DNA from: Microbotryum violaceum
Lineage: Eukaryota
NCBI GenBank assembly: GCA_001244265.2
Contig: LN717261.1
Coordinates: 1,689,591 to 1,753,590 of the forward strand
DNA length: 64,000 nucleotides
Direction of reading: 5' to 3'
The notes under the pieces are model-generated. The model ran no database searches. It was not told the DNA's origin and saw only the letters and a list, made by a program, of their open reading frames with translations. The stretch's first letter is position 1. Each line of letters opens with the position of its first letter. The translations under genes were made by a program, and so were the position numbers. Positions 1 to 17,385 of this stretch are shown piece after piece.

Positions 1-1018
1 CCAAAGAGGACCGAGCCATGTTTTAGCATAGCAGGCACGTGCGCAGAGACACGTTCATACGAGGAAACGCGGTACTCACAGCCCGGTATCGGTTCAAAGA
101 GGGTGTCATGAAGACCACGGGCGATCTCGAGCAATCGCAATCGCTCTTCGTCCGAGACAGGCGTCCCGTCCGGACCTGGCTCGTTGATGTTCTCGAGGTC
201 CGGGTCGTCGGCGTTCTCATCGAAGTCGGGATCAACATTGAGCTCGGCGCTAAGCTCGTTCGGCTCCGCTCCTCCTCCTTCTGTGACAGAGGATCCTGGA
301 GATCCTTGCGTAATACATTTTTGCTGTCGAGCAGTACGAGGGTGGAGCAATTTGAGAGTGTCAGTGCTTGAGCTGGGGCTTAAACTCTGACGCGACGCGA
401 CGAATGCGATCAGTACCTGCTCGACTGATCCGATTGACCTTGTTCGGCCGCTCCTTTCGCGCTCGCGCCGAGGTGGACCCATCCTTCTTCTTCACCTCGC
501 ACATCCTCCAGATACAGTCGATCATTGATTTACGGGTATCTGCACACCACTTCTCCTGTTCCCAGACCAACTTCTTGTCCGTTGGCAGCCTCCGCGACGC
601 CGCCTCGACGTCCAAATTCGTCGCCAGGTGCCGAACGTCCGCATTCGACAGTTTGGAGATAGTTCTGCGCTTGCCTCCGTGGTCCTTCATACGCTGCACC
701 CACGCAAGCGCATCTCCTCTTGTCGTTCCCATCATCGATAACCGGTGGGGATCCTTCTCCAAGAACGTCTCGGCGGCGGCCCTTTGTTGCGCAAAGGATG
801 CGCCCTGATGAACGTGGCTGGACCGCAACTCGCCCCGATGGCTCAAGGATGGGAGCCTGCTGGAGTCGCAAAAGAGACCACGCAGAGTGGGATCGAGATT
901 GGCTTCGGCTCCTCGATACACCCGTCCGCCAGCAGAATTGGCGGCGAGGCTTCCGACAGCGCCAAAGACTTCCTCGTCGTCGCCTATGGCGGCGCTTCCC
1001 CTTGGGCGTATCAGCCAT
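1..1018 (-). CDS. Hypothetical spliced protein, probably TE-associated; frameshifted and running off the window edge
   Basis: ATG at 1018 (MADTPKGKRR) shifts into ORF 361..921 (..KKLVWEQEKWCADTRKSMIDCIWRMCE..). An acidic exon lies at ~80-320 with a GTGAGT donor near 80. No recognisable domain. Confidence 0.3.
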
Positions 1019-1759
1019 CGTAATCGCTGAGATGCGTGCTTGGTGCTTGCTTTGCTGGGTAGACGGGGCGACGGCGAATGCTAAGGGTTCGAATCGAAGG
1101 TGGTTGAAGTTGAGGAAAGTCCACGGATAGAGAAGAAGACCACGAGAGGCGCGTGGGTGGGGTGCCGGCGAAGCTCCGTGCATGCGCCTACTCTGTCTGT
1201 GCCATTCTGCCCTGAGGCGACTCGCGCGGAGCGAAAAACATCGAAATTCATAGGTATGACCTCGTGCGCACAGCCGAGCTGGAACAAGTTGGTGCGACGG
1301 AGTAGGCAGCGAGATGGCGGTGGTGACGACGACGCGACGTTCTTCAAAGTGGGACTTGTGTGCTACATGCAGACTTCGGTGACCTGGTGATCAACGAACG
1401 TGTGTCGCGCGCAAGTCCGAGTGAGAGGTCCAACTCGAGCGAGCGGCGAGTGATTGGTCAAAGGAGAAGAGCGGACCGACGACAAGGTGCCTATTTATAG
1501 TCCCCGCAGTCGAATTTCCGCAGACAGATGAACTACCCCTAAGCTTCACGATCACACTCCCAAGCGAAGTCTCTCTCTTATCAACAGGTGGCATCGAGAG
1601 AAAAAAATGCATTGACGAGGTTGGAGCAAGGTTGCTGCATCGATTTCATCGAAGTGTCCGTGCCTCCGACAAGGCCGACGGCAGGAAGAGCACTTTGAAG
1701 ACTGGAGCAATTTTCATGCGACGTCATTGCAAGTGACCCTAGATCACATGAACACTCCA

Positions 1760-3100
1760 TCAGATTGTCGAAACTTGGCAAGGGACTATGGTGTGCAGTC
1801 CCAGCTCTGTGTAATCCCTCAGAATCGGTACACCTTGCTCGCTCAAGATGGCATCGAGCCCGATGACTCTCGGTCGCTCCGCAGTCCCCGCGTGGAAAGG
1901 CTCGAGCACTCTAACCTGGCCAAGGTAGCCTAGTTTACGCGTCTGACTCTCGTCCATCCAGGTAACGAGGAGCAAGGTGAACTTCTCGTCTCGTCCGACG
2001 GTAAATATTGCTTCGACTTGGGCGAATACGACACGGTCCCTTGAATCCGATGGAGCACCAAAAACGACAAAATCGCCGACGCGCACGGTGACCAGTCGAG
2101 CGCGGATCCGATCGTCATACCGTACTTTCGAGTGGTACAAGATGCGATTTGTTTTTCTCCAATACCGCGCTGGAAATTTGACGTCGGAAGGCTTTCGATG
2201 AGCGGCGGACACCTCGGATCCGTTAAGCCACTTGGCAACTTATCGGTTGCCCGGGGCGTGACTTCCAGGCCGAACGTACGGATTTGCTTCCTGTCAACAC
2301 GACCCATGGGACGAACCCTTTCTACACTGTTTGTTGGAGAGGAAAAGGAAGTCGGTCCAATCAGTGATAAGGCTCTGGCCCTCCCGCGCAACAAATCGTT
2401 ATCGGGCAGACTGACCGGTCTTTGATCGAGGTCGTCACTGTCGCAGAAACGGTGCGAGCGCGGAAGATAGATTTCCGACAGGAGAGAGTAAACAGCCGCG
2501 CGGGAAGGAAGCCCCGCGCGCTCCCTAACTTAAGCAGAGCAAACTCCAATACCAAAAGTATATCAAATGACACCTCGGCTGGCGCCTTGAGGATGGCGAA
2601 TCGGCTGCGGCTTACTAGGAGACTCGGAGGATGGTCGCGGATGTTCGGACCCAAGGGGCGGCTCGATGACCGAGTCATACTTCCCCCGCACGCCGTCCAG
2701 CTGCTCTGGCGCAAGGAATGGATTCTGAAGCCGGAGGCCAGGTGGACCAGGTGGACGGAGAAGATGCTTTACAAAGATCTGTTCCCTTCGCCTCAGGATT
2801 GCCAGGATTTGATGCTGCCGAAACCAGTCAGTCGCGGGCTGTCGCGGGCACAGCGTTGACGCGATGTCAATTTTCGAGTCGACACCTGCTGGGTTTGGGT
2901 CTTGCGTACTGCAGCTGACTCCCAAGGGAACGCGCTCATTTGAATGCAGGGTCCCACCGCACTTTCTTCCCAATCTAGCCGCAAAACAGCTCGATTTTCT
3001 AACATCCGAGACATGGTCCACCGCCAACAGAAGAAACACTATCTCAGCCGCCCCAGCACTGTACTGTGCCGTGGACCCTATGAAGAGCTTAAAGCCACTC
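1760..3100 (-). pseudogene. C-terminal part of a fungal DNA transposase with a BAH-like domain (Plavaka/CACTA-related)
   Basis: ORF 1760..2212 reads VRVGDFVVFG..VFAQVEAIFTVG..LLLVTWM..VIGLDAI, the BAH beta-strand pattern. Upstream frames to ~3100 are broken. C-terminal BAH domains are established for Plavaka transposases; the family assignment here is inference. Confidence 0.45.
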
Positions 3101-3289
3101 ACTCGGTCCTGTACACAGATGCTTATCAGTCAAAGACGAATGGACGTCGCTTCTGCCGTGTGCCATACTGCCCACTGTATCTCAGTAGATCTTCGGTTTT
3201 ACTACTCAGTTTTGCATACCCAGAAATCCTATACTACAGCCAGTTAAAAAAGATCCAACAGTACAGTGTACTATGTACGTGTCCACCGC

Positions 3290-3851
3290 ATCAAGGAGGT
3301 TTCAGGAGTGCAAACTTTTTTGACCGGTCTTCCACCCTTGGTGAACGAAGCGAACCGTGCGCAATCCGACCCCTCTTGAACCATTGGCAACCTCGGCAAG
3401 GAGTTGAGATCTTGACTCCGAAGTTACCGAACCTACCACCGAGGTTGTAGAACCTGACGCCGAAGTTGGAGAACCTTGGCACAATCCGAAAACCTGAGCA
3501 CCAAGTTGCCACCTTTGGACCGAGTGAATGTACGGTGACCAACCTCACCTCAAGCGCCCACAACCGTCATGGATGCTCCTCGAGGTCCCACACCGTGAAA
3601 AACTTCGCGCGCGCGCGCCGAACCACGGCGAACCTCCCGGCCAGCTGCGGCACCGGTCTGAACGGTCGCCTCGTTTTGGCCTTTCTTGCTATGGTACCAT
3701 AGGTCACGCCCCCCACACTTACAACCAACCAACAAAACGCAGCGAAAGATGCCTACGTTACAACGCATTCAGGCTCTACCCGAATCGAGTGCAAGCTTGC
3801 CAGCCTTGCTCAACACTTGGATCGCAATCTCATCAGCAAAATGGCCAATAG
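3290..3851 (+). pseudogene. Degenerate gag-like ORF1 of a Ngaro/DIRS element
   Basis: Three 21-bp repeats at ~3412-3480 read LTPKLPN/LPPRL*N/LTPKLEN. The C-terminus CLRYN..CQPCSTLGSQSH looks like a decayed Cys/His finger. It abuts a Ngaro terminal repeat. Confidence 0.35.
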
Positions 3852-4557
3852 TCTTTTCGGCCTTTGCTGCAAGATTTTGACACGGACAGCTCAAGCGCAC
3901 TGGTCTCGGCCTAACGGGGCCCGCTCGCGCTCGTTTCGTGTTGTGGTTCCGGCACCCCCCCCCTGTCAGTCTCTACTCACTCAAAGTGGGTAACATCCCT
4001 CGTAAGCCCTCTGCTCTTGACAGTTGGACTGATGAGCTAGCAGCCGCCGTACCCGCTGCTTTGCAAGGTCGTATCGCACCCACTGCTTAGAGCAAGGGCG
4101 AACTTTTCGAGACTCGCACTATCGCGGCTCGCTGTTTCTAGCTAAGGTTCGCATTCCGGATCACGACTGTCCTTGTTGGGTATGTTGCCAAATTCCTTGT
4201 CCTTGTTGGGCAAGTTGACTCATGGGGCTACCTTGTATATAGACCTCGTTTGGCCGCGTCTACCTACCGCGTCGCCTTCCTCCCCTGCCATCGCCCTGCG
4301 CTTTTCGAGCAAAGGTATGCCCTATCCCCCAATTCAGTTGCAGTGTTTAGGTACTAATCGGACCTGCGCTCTTTGAGCAAAGCCGATCGACCATTTATTT
4401 ATTTTTTGGGCTCCTCCCTCCCACCCTACTTGTTCATAACTCCTGTTTACAAAACCCTTCGTTTGTTACGGAGTGCGGGTTTTTCTCTTATCACTGCAAC
4501 TCGACTCTTCCATCCTAAAACAAACGCCACAAACAGCGCGCACTATGGAGGAGTCGA
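3851..4557 (+). mobile_element. Terminal A+B repeat block of a Ngaro element (family related to 47720-52014)
   Basis: GTCTTTTCGGCCTTTGCTGCAAGATTTTGAC (3851) matches GTCTTTTCTGCTTTTGCTGCAAGAGTTTGAC (51054). TGTCCTTGTTGG..GTTGACT..GGCTACCTTG is shared (~4198 vs ~51603). The end TTGTTACGGA...GGAGTCGA matches B2 (51929-52014). Confidence 0.7.
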
Positions 4558-4771
4558 ACGCGCGTAAGCGCGCGAAACCTCGTAAAGCAGTCGTTAAGCG
4601 GCCTACACATGCGCGCGCGCAAATTATGGAGGGCATCAGGCAGCTTTTGCCCTATGAGGCCCGTAGGGCAAGTTTCGGGATTCCACTTTCACTCTCACTT
4701 TCACTTTCGAAGCCGAAATCGCCCCACGCCACACCTTCGGTTACGCCAACAAGTGATACACAGAGAGATCC

Positions 4772-9296
<4,525 letters not shown>

Positions 9297-11804
9297 TTGG
9301 CTCCGCAGCCTCGAAGCAGAACGAACCTGGCCATGATCAAAAAGGCGAGGCAGCGACTGCAAGCATCCTTGACATCCTTGGTGAGAGTCCTTCTGAGTCC
9401 AAGCTTCAGATCGGAGGCCCTTTCGCTTATCGATTCTTCACCGTTCCCTTTTCGGAAGGCCAATATCTTTTCGGACAACTACGGCATCGAAATGTTTGCT
9501 ATCGCCTCCTCAAATTTACCCGAGACCAACAAGGAGCGCTTTGTGGTCGCTTCCGTGGGCGGGGCGGCGTTTGCGCTTCGACAGGGTTGGGCCGACAAGG
9601 TGCAGGGACCGCTGGTCCGCGACTTTGCGCATTGCGTCGCAGGCACAGCGATTATAGCAGACAAGCGGGCCGGCATTGTCAGCGCCGGTGAGTGGCCAGA
9701 TTTTACCGGATCTCAGGAAAGGGCAACAGCTGGTAGAGGTCAATTGATGTATCAGCGAATGTCTGCTCACAGCTTGGAACGCACCCGTGGCCGACAAGAA
9801 CGTTGAGATCAAACGCCAATGGTACAGCCTCATCCTCAAGGAACTGTTCCGTGAGTACAATGAGTGCAGCCTGCCTACTCTTCCATACACGGTGCCTAAT
9901 CTTGACCCGGCTCACTGTCTTCAGAGTCCGCGCTGCGCCGACGCTCCGTACTAGACGGCGAGAAAATCCAATCGCCCAAGTTCGTCTATAACGTAAAGGC
10001 CCTCCGGGACAACGCCAGAATCATTGTTCAGCGCGGCGCGCTCCTTCGCAAAGCGGATTTTCGAAGCCCGAGTGGCAAGCTCAAGTTGTTGGGACCCGAC
10101 CTGGATCAGATCATCCCATTGCTGCGTGCAGGCGAGCTGAGCTTCATGCTGGAGGAAGAGGTAATCGGGTCAAGTGCCGACCAGGCAATGGCCGACGGCG
10201 ATGAAGGTGGCGACAGCGATGCTGACCGACGAACTCGGAACACGAGCTCCGATGAGGACAGCGAGTGAGGTGACGATGGCCGAGCGCTCAGGGCCAGCCA
10301 GACTCGTCGACGCGCATGCTGAAGGGCCAGAATTCGTTGGACAACACAGGCCACCACAGTCGCTATGTCATAGTTTTCCTTCATATGCATCCGGCTCTTG
10401 GTGACTAAAGGCGGAGAGGGTTATTGTTCGTTGCCCCTTCGTGCCTAATCTTCCCCTGGGCCGCTCGAGACCGACCTCTCCTTGTTGACGTGAGATGTGC
10501 CAGTGACGTAATCCTGCTCACAAACATCATCCTTCTTGTTTTGTTTTGTTTCCGAAGTATTATTTAGAGTTGAATTGCCCTGTGAGAATGGAGTGCTCCC
10601 TGATCCGTGGTCCAGACGGAGCGTCTGCTTTCCGGAAGTGACTCTTTGAGCAAAGAATGAATGAACAGAATTCGCAACGCGATTCCACAAATTGCAGTGT
10701 ATGTTCGCATCTTCTTATCATCTATCAGCACTAAAGTGAACGGGCAAGGGTTGCATCTGGCCGGGCTCGGTCTTCGCCAAAGTGCCAATCAGAACTGCTG
10801 GGCCACGGTGACGACCCCCGGCCGATTGACTTCAAGCGGCGCGCGCTCCCAGAAGCTGAGCCTGAACGCGCAAATGAAGCGGAGCGGAACACGCGTAGAA
10901 AATCAGTCGTAAGTAGCGAAGTAGCGACAAAGGACGTGGTTGATGAGAGGCGGGTCGTACTCGATAATATATTCGGTGAGAGCATGGAAGGCTTAGGCTT
11001 GTAACAAGCTTTTGAACCAAAATACCCAATTGACTCCGAGACACAGTAATCGATGCAGTGGCAAATCGGCAGCCGTACCTGGCGGCTGACTTGAAAGCGT
11101 CTGAAACTGGAAAGTTCTCGATGGGCCGCTCATACCTACCTCTTACTTGAGAAACATCCCCTCTCGTCAATGAGATAGGCCGCCAATCCTCAGACCGCAT
11201 GGTGAGTGCTCAAAGCAGAGAGAATTCTTGCATTAAGTTCGCCGCACTAAGATGAATTGTCAGTGGCAGTGGCATTTCTGATGAATCCGAATGTACAAAG
11301 ACTCGGCGGTATGAGGCCATTCAGCTCTCATCGCGAGCTTCGAGTTAGGCATGTTCTCAGATTATGACTCTATGATATTACCCGGGCTCTGATGTATTGT
11401 CGGCCATGAGAGCCTTCCGAAGAGTGTCGCAGCATCGAGCGGTGCACTAATGGTTGACCTGACTTCCCGGATGGGTCTCCTGAAGCTCCTAACTAAGGGT
11501 TTTAGTTGCATCATCATCTGTGTTTGCTGTATGCGCGGATCTAATTGATTTGACGCCATGAAAGGTCTTGTTCGTCACCGGTGTGCGCAGTCTAGGAGGT
11601 GAGGAAAAACGATCTCCGACTTCCGTCGAGCATAGACTTGATCTTGAGACCTTGACACCAAGCTTTTCTTAAAACAGGCGCAAGTCTCAGTAGCAGGGAT
11701 GGGGATTGATGCAAAGGTTCTTTGGCCGCGCCATGGCAGAAAGTCGAGTCCTTCGAGGGGAATTTTCAGAGAGAGTGAACCGCCCAGCCGTCTTGTTCGG
11801 AAGA

Positions 11805-12103
11805 AGATACATTCTCTATAGTGATCGAACCCACTCACCCATTTTCACGGGTTAGACCTTCTAGGTACTCGAGCAGTTGCATGCGCTTTGATTGAAAAGT
11901 CGCCCGGCACTGGTATGGGAAACCGCCGAGCCATCTTGTTCGGAAGAAGGGCTTGCACGCACATGCCAACTTTGCTATTCAACCCTGTCCGAAGGTAAGA
12001 GATACATTCTCTATATTGACCAAACCCAATCACCCATTTTCACGTGGTAGACATTCTAGGTACTCGAGCAGTTGCATGCACTTTGATTGAAAAGTCACCC
12101 GGC
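11805..12103. repeat. Direct duplication of ~105 bp (period ~195 bp) in a decayed minus-strand coding region
   Basis: AGATACATTCTCTATA..CACCCATTTTCACG..TTCTAGGTACTCGAGCAGTTGCATGC.CTTTGATTGAAAAGTC.CCCGGCA at ~11805 and ~12000. Confidence 0.85.
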
Positions 12104-12383
12104 AAGTCACCCGGCGGAAGCCTAGTAAGTCAGGCGCAGCCCAGAGATTAGGTCTGACAATATTTCTTCCTATGAAACGGTGGTGTTACTCACCTACCGC
12201 AATTGAGACGACTTTAGTTTGCAAACGCCATGTCCATTGTTTCAACATTAAGTTGCTCCACTAATTCAATCTACATCAGAAGCTGGTCTAAACGCCTGAG
12301 AAGTATTCGTCTTCCTGACTAGCGAATTCATCGCCGTAGCTTTCAACCGAAGAGCTGCCCATCTCACCGTCCTGCTCGAGGAG

Positions 12384-15300
12384 TTATGCGGAGAAAGGCC
12401 CCACCTCCTTTGCGAGTTGAGTCTCGTCGCTCATATCCATCTGCGCCTGAATGACCCGCACTTGTTGAACGTCACGGGCCAGCGGTGCAGGCCGCGCCGA
12501 GTCGTCGAGGCCAGATGTTTCCATAGAACCGCGTGTTCCCGATCGATTATGTGCAGGTAGCTGGCGATGTTTCGCCTTCTCGACAATCCTTCCCGTCGCG
12601 TTCAATCGTTGATGTAAACCACGAAGTTCTGACAGTGCAGGAGGCATGGGCTCGGAATTGCCCTCTGACTGCCCGCGAGTCTCGAGCCAAACATCGAAGA
12701 AGTATTCGTTCTGGGACCAAGAACATTCGCGCAGCTGCAGAAGCTCCATCCGGCGATCTAGTATGATGGGCGCGCGGCCTCGGATCTCATCAACATCTTC
12801 AGTGCCGAATATGGACTTGGCATCAGCTGGGTCGATGGATTCAGGAAGGGTATCTGTTGAGATGGTTTGAAAGATGTCAGGGCGACCTAAGAGGTGATAT
12901 GGAGCACGCCGTGTCGAAAACTTACCCGACACGTTAGTCCAAAGTGTCTGGCAACTAGTGAGACGAGTCTTTTCATCTTCGAGCCAAGCCAAAGCTTGCC
13001 GCACCTCGGCGCCGATCCGCGCTTTCTCCTCACCGACTCGATCCTTGGCGCGCACAGCTGTCACTCCTCGCTTGACCCAAGGATTGACAGCCCAAGCAGC
13101 TTCAACATGCGTGAAAAAGCCGTCCTGCCAGAACGGGTCCGTCTCATCGAGGTCGATCGCAGATTTCAAGCTGTCGGAAATCCGGAGATTGTTGAGTAGG
13201 CTCGAAGGTGTTGATCCCATCGCGAGACGGAAGGCCTCAACGGCCTTGTTGTACGTCTTGCGAGCCTTTTCCGCGTCAGAATGAATCTTGCCGTCTGTAG
13301 CATGAGCTTTGCTGGCCGCTCGTTGACCTAGCTTTGCACCTCCCTTGCCACGACCCGTCGAAAGTAGCTTCTCCCGACTGGTTTTGTAGGCAATCACCTC
13401 GAGATGAAATTTGCGCAACGCCACAGAGCACTGGCACAGATGTCGAAGTTCTGCACAGCACCTAAGCTATCAGTGCAAGCTACAGCAATCATGTGAGCTA
13501 CACACATTAACTGACCTCTGGACGAGAGGCCCGTGACATAACGAGCCTGTGCCATTGCCGCTCGATCGATGTCCATCTCGAGGCTGCGGCGTTTGGCGCT
13601 TAGCGATTCCAAGACTTCTGAATCGGGCTCTTCGGTATCCCTTTGCAAAAGTCCCGCAAGTCAGAATCGTAGGCAGTGAGCGACGGCCTGGCCAGATGAT
13701 CTACGTACATTCGCGACTCAATCTTGTAGAGGCTCTCCACAAGTCCATAGAGGTCGCTCTCCCTCAGGCGATCCGCCTCCGATTGCTGCGCAGCTGTCTT
13801 TGGCACTTGCGCCAGTCGCTGTTCTTCCCACTCGCGGCGGAGCGCATCTTCGGTCAACCTCGAATCGTAGGCAATGATGCTATTAAGCTCTTCCTCAGCA
13901 GCGACGCCCTTGTCGTTTGCCTCATGGTAGCGACGATAGAACCAGGCCCCTAAATAAAACATATCGAGTGTCAGCATTGTGATTGAGATAATTGCGATCC
14001 AGGTGCGGCTTACCCAGCTTGTTGACGTTCGCGTCATTCAGTGCTTGGATACGGACCGCCAGGTTGACGAAGCGATGGGACTTGTTCGAGGGGCGGTTGA
14101 TGGGAATGAGCGACCGTAGCCCGCTCCACAATCGCTCACAGCCCTCTCCATCAGTCAACCCGAAGTTCGGAATGAGGCAGGGGTTGAACTCGACTTGGCA
14201 GGACCAGATATGGGCGTATGTATGGAAGACGCTCGTGGCGAACTCCAGTCGCTTGAAAAGCTTTGGCAGGAGCTGCCTCTGGTGACAAATGATAAAGTAG
14301 GCGCATTTGGTCAGTGCCAACGAAATTGAGGAGGAAGGGACCCGTCGTAACTGATGCGAATCTTTTCAATGTGGTGCTTGAAGTCACAAGCAATGTCGTA
14401 TCAGACTCCGATCTTGGCGTGTTCAGGAAGGCGCTCTGAAATGTGCTTGAGGATGGCAAGCGCATAGTACAATCTGAGTGGTCGGAGGGGAATCTGCGCA
14501 TTAGTACTGGGATTCGAGAGGAAAGCGGAAGCGACTAAGTCCCGCCAGACAGCTCCGCGCTTACTCTTCACCAGACCTCTCAAGATTGACCATTTTCAGG
14601 TTCACGTCATGACGGCATACGCAGGCAACGAGTCCGGTGTCGACTACTCGTGACGAGGTTGAGCCAGCTCCGTCGTCGGCAGCCTTCCACGACTCTGTGC
14701 ACGCCTATGACGGTGGGTGGGTGTAGAGGTAAGCGATCCCATTAAGGCAAATGCAAAGAGCGGCATTACTCACTTTTTGGGTCGGCCGCACCGAAGCTTC
14801 AACCTCGGCCTTCATCGCCTGAACCTCTTCCTCACCCAAGAAAGTGTCCTGAACAATCTGGTCGTGGTTCGAGTTTTTCTCACGCGTTTGCTGAAAGTTG
14901 CCGTCGTATGCAAGCACGCAATCCAATGTGACGTCGTGACAAGGTTGATTAAGCCGCATTGGCCCGAAGCACGCGGGACACTTGTTGGAATACGAATCGA
15001 CGGTGCCTGCGAGAAGGTCCCCCCCGCTGTCCTCCTCGCATGTTTCGAGAGCGCGGTACTCGTCGATCGCGTTGCTTTCAAAGGTCTTTGTCCTGTATGC
15101 GCGGAAGGCAGGCTTTAAGCATGTGCCCGTGAGACGATGGCGGCGTCCAAACTCACCCAAGAATGTCCCGTATAGTGATCCCGACCCCACCCACAACGGG
15201 AGTAATACTCTTTGAGGCCGTCCGCATAGCCGGTGATAGCGCGGGGGCTGACCTTCCAGCTCGCGTGGGCCTGCTCGACCAGTCGAAATGAGAAGGCGGT

Positions 15301-16219
15301 CATCGGCATTGAAGCGGTCGAAGAGATGAACCCTAGTTGGGCCAAGCGTTCGACGTCCGTAGCACACCGCGACTCGGAGGCACAGAAGGTGACCTGCAAT
15401 TTGTAGACTGAAGGCACAGGTAAAGAGGGAGACACGCATCAGTGCTGCTCGGTTCGTGACTGACACTCGGGGACAGTGAAGCTGAGCTGCCTTGTCACGT
15501 ACATGCCGTCACATCGTACAAGATGATCTCGCGAGTGAGTACGCAGTTGCACGCACATGGCGGCGGAGCATCGTGGTCATCGAGATCGTCTTCCGATACG
15601 AGCGGTCGTAGATGGAGCTTGCTGTCGCGGCGAAACTCGAGGAAGCGCCCAAACAGCTGGGCACGGAGCGATTTCCGAAGCTTAGCGTCAAGCGTGATGT
15701 ACTTGAGATAGCCTTCTCGTCTGGTGGTATTGGGCGGAGTGGCGTAGAGTTGTCGGTGGGTGGGGCGTGGGGGTGAGTCGGAGTCGTCGACACGTGTGTA
15801 ACCAGTCTATTCCAGCGCTTTTTCCGACGCAAGGTCCATCCCACCTAAGTCCTCCTCATCCACCCACACTCCTTCCTACCCAAATTCGTCCAGATCTTGT
15901 TGAGTGATGTCGCTTCCACGAGTGTAATGTGAGGCCGAAGCGCTTGGGATGGGTTCGTGTTGTGGGGGGGGGGGGGGGGGAATGTGGACGACGTGGAGCT
16001 GGACGTGGGCGTAGGTGCTGTTGACGAGCTCGCATTTGGTGGCTCTTTCCTTTTCCTTTTACGACCACCTTTGTCGACGAAGGTTCTGTAGGGGGTTGAG
16101 TAGTTGATGGGCAGAAAGGCATCCTGCAGGTCGAAGTCGGGGTGGTCCGGGTGGTCCGACGGTTTGGACTTGGGCAGCCGAACGTTGAACACCGAGCGAT
16201 ATCTTCTCTTTGGCGGCAT
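12384..16219 (-). pseudogene. Kyakuja-Dileera-Zisupton (KDZ) transposase with CxC1-type cysteine cluster (Kyakuja-like), spliced and degenerate
   Basis: CPACFG..DCVLAYDGNFQQTR; SWKAADD..DTGLVACVCRHD; IGV*YDIAC (stop at 14401); SVFHTYAHIWSCQVEFNP..FGLTDGEGCERLWS; C-terminal DPFWQDGFF..WAVNPWVKRGV. These are hallmark KDZ motifs. Confidence 0.9.
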
Positions 16220-16681
16220 GGCGACGCCGAGTCAAGTGCATGAGCAAGAGGACGAACGCGAGCGGTGGGGCCTGTACAGTCGATGGCGACGCTACAAGGA
16301 GCTGTAGCGAAAGCAACGAGGTGAGGCGGCAAGCCAAGTGGAAGGTCCCTCGCGTGTGGCGCTAGGCCTCGGCGCGCGTGGCCGACTGCCGACTGCCGCC
16401 AACGCGTGTGCTCGGACCCTTCGATCTCGGGACCGAAATCCCGCGCGACCGCTTCGGACACGTGACATTGACGACATCCGAAAGATGCGAGAAAAATATG
16501 AAGGAAGGAATGTATCTACTACCACTTTCCCAATCAATCTAGCAGCTGTTAGAGTGTTGTGTGTACACAGAATCGACTCGAAGCAGAGAGTTGGGTGTAA
16601 CCTGGGCCAAGTCGGCGCCCTGGGCCGTTGAGGCAGTGACTTGGAAGGCGCGTGAGGGGGCGCTGCGCGTGCGCCTGTTGA

Positions 16682-16732
16682 GGCGTATTTTATGTCTGCC
16701 CGAGGTGCTCTGGCTGGGCTTTCGGGGGTCCT
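16682..16732 (-). repeat. Putative terminal inverted repeat (5' end) of the KDZ element
   Basis: Minus strand reads AGGACCCCCGAAAGCCCAGCCAGAG..TAAAATACGCC. The same terminus appears on + at 27024 (AGGACCCCCGAAAGCCCGGCCTGAG..TAAAATCCGCC). Confidence 0.55.
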
Positions 16733-17053
16733 GCCGTCGAAGACCAGACCCGCCTCCATCCGCGCCTTGAAACCCACACCATAATGCAGACTCACTTGAC
16801 TTGTTGGTGTCGTGACAGACACGACATCGGAGGATCCTTGCGATCCTTCGGCCACTTGATCGTTTCGACAGAGACTGCCGAACAAGGCGCCATCGTAAGT
16901 GGTACCCGCCGTCGTGTCGGCGGCGCCGGAAAGTTGCATCGGGGGCAATAGCGGGGCCACGTGCACGCCCGCGGCACCGCCGATAGTTGCCGCCGGCGAC
17001 TCTGTAGACGAGAGCGCGGCGTGGTCGTTGGTTGAGGTCGAAGCAGTCGTCAT
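16733..17053 (-). pseudogene. 5' exon(s) of an unidentified gene divergent from PAN3, cut by the KDZ terminus
   Basis: ATG at 17053 (MTTASTSTNDH..VTTPTSQ) is followed by a GTGAGT donor. Coding-like sequence ends at the putative TIR. Confidence 0.35.
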
Positions 17054-17385
17054 TGCCGGTCGAGAAGTTTCGCGAGTGTAGAGGCAATAAGCACTGCCGT
17101 TCGAGCGAAACGAATAAGGTGCAGAAGCGAACAGGCATTTCTCTCGCCTACTCCACTCTAAGCGCATGCGCGCCCAGGGGCTCCCAGGGGGGCGGCCCAC
17201 CCATAACTGCACTGGCTGGAGTGACGCGCGCCTAATAGGGACCGGTCTGGACAGGTCAGCCCCACCCCCTCCACCACCAACCCACCCGACTTCCCGTCAA
17301 CGCGCTTTGGCAGCTGGTCTCCATCATTACTCGCCCGATCTCTCTCTCGCTCGACCACTGAGCCCGTATTGGATCCCAGGCTCGG

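Noticed and set aside
4002-4110. Possible hammerhead ribozyme (CTGATGAG at 4029 ... GCGAAC)
   Set aside because: The GAAA core and stems I/III are not properly formed. The motif fits better as the branch point of a GTAAGC..CAG intron, mirrored by GTATGC..CTGAC..CAG in the other Ngaro A repeat.
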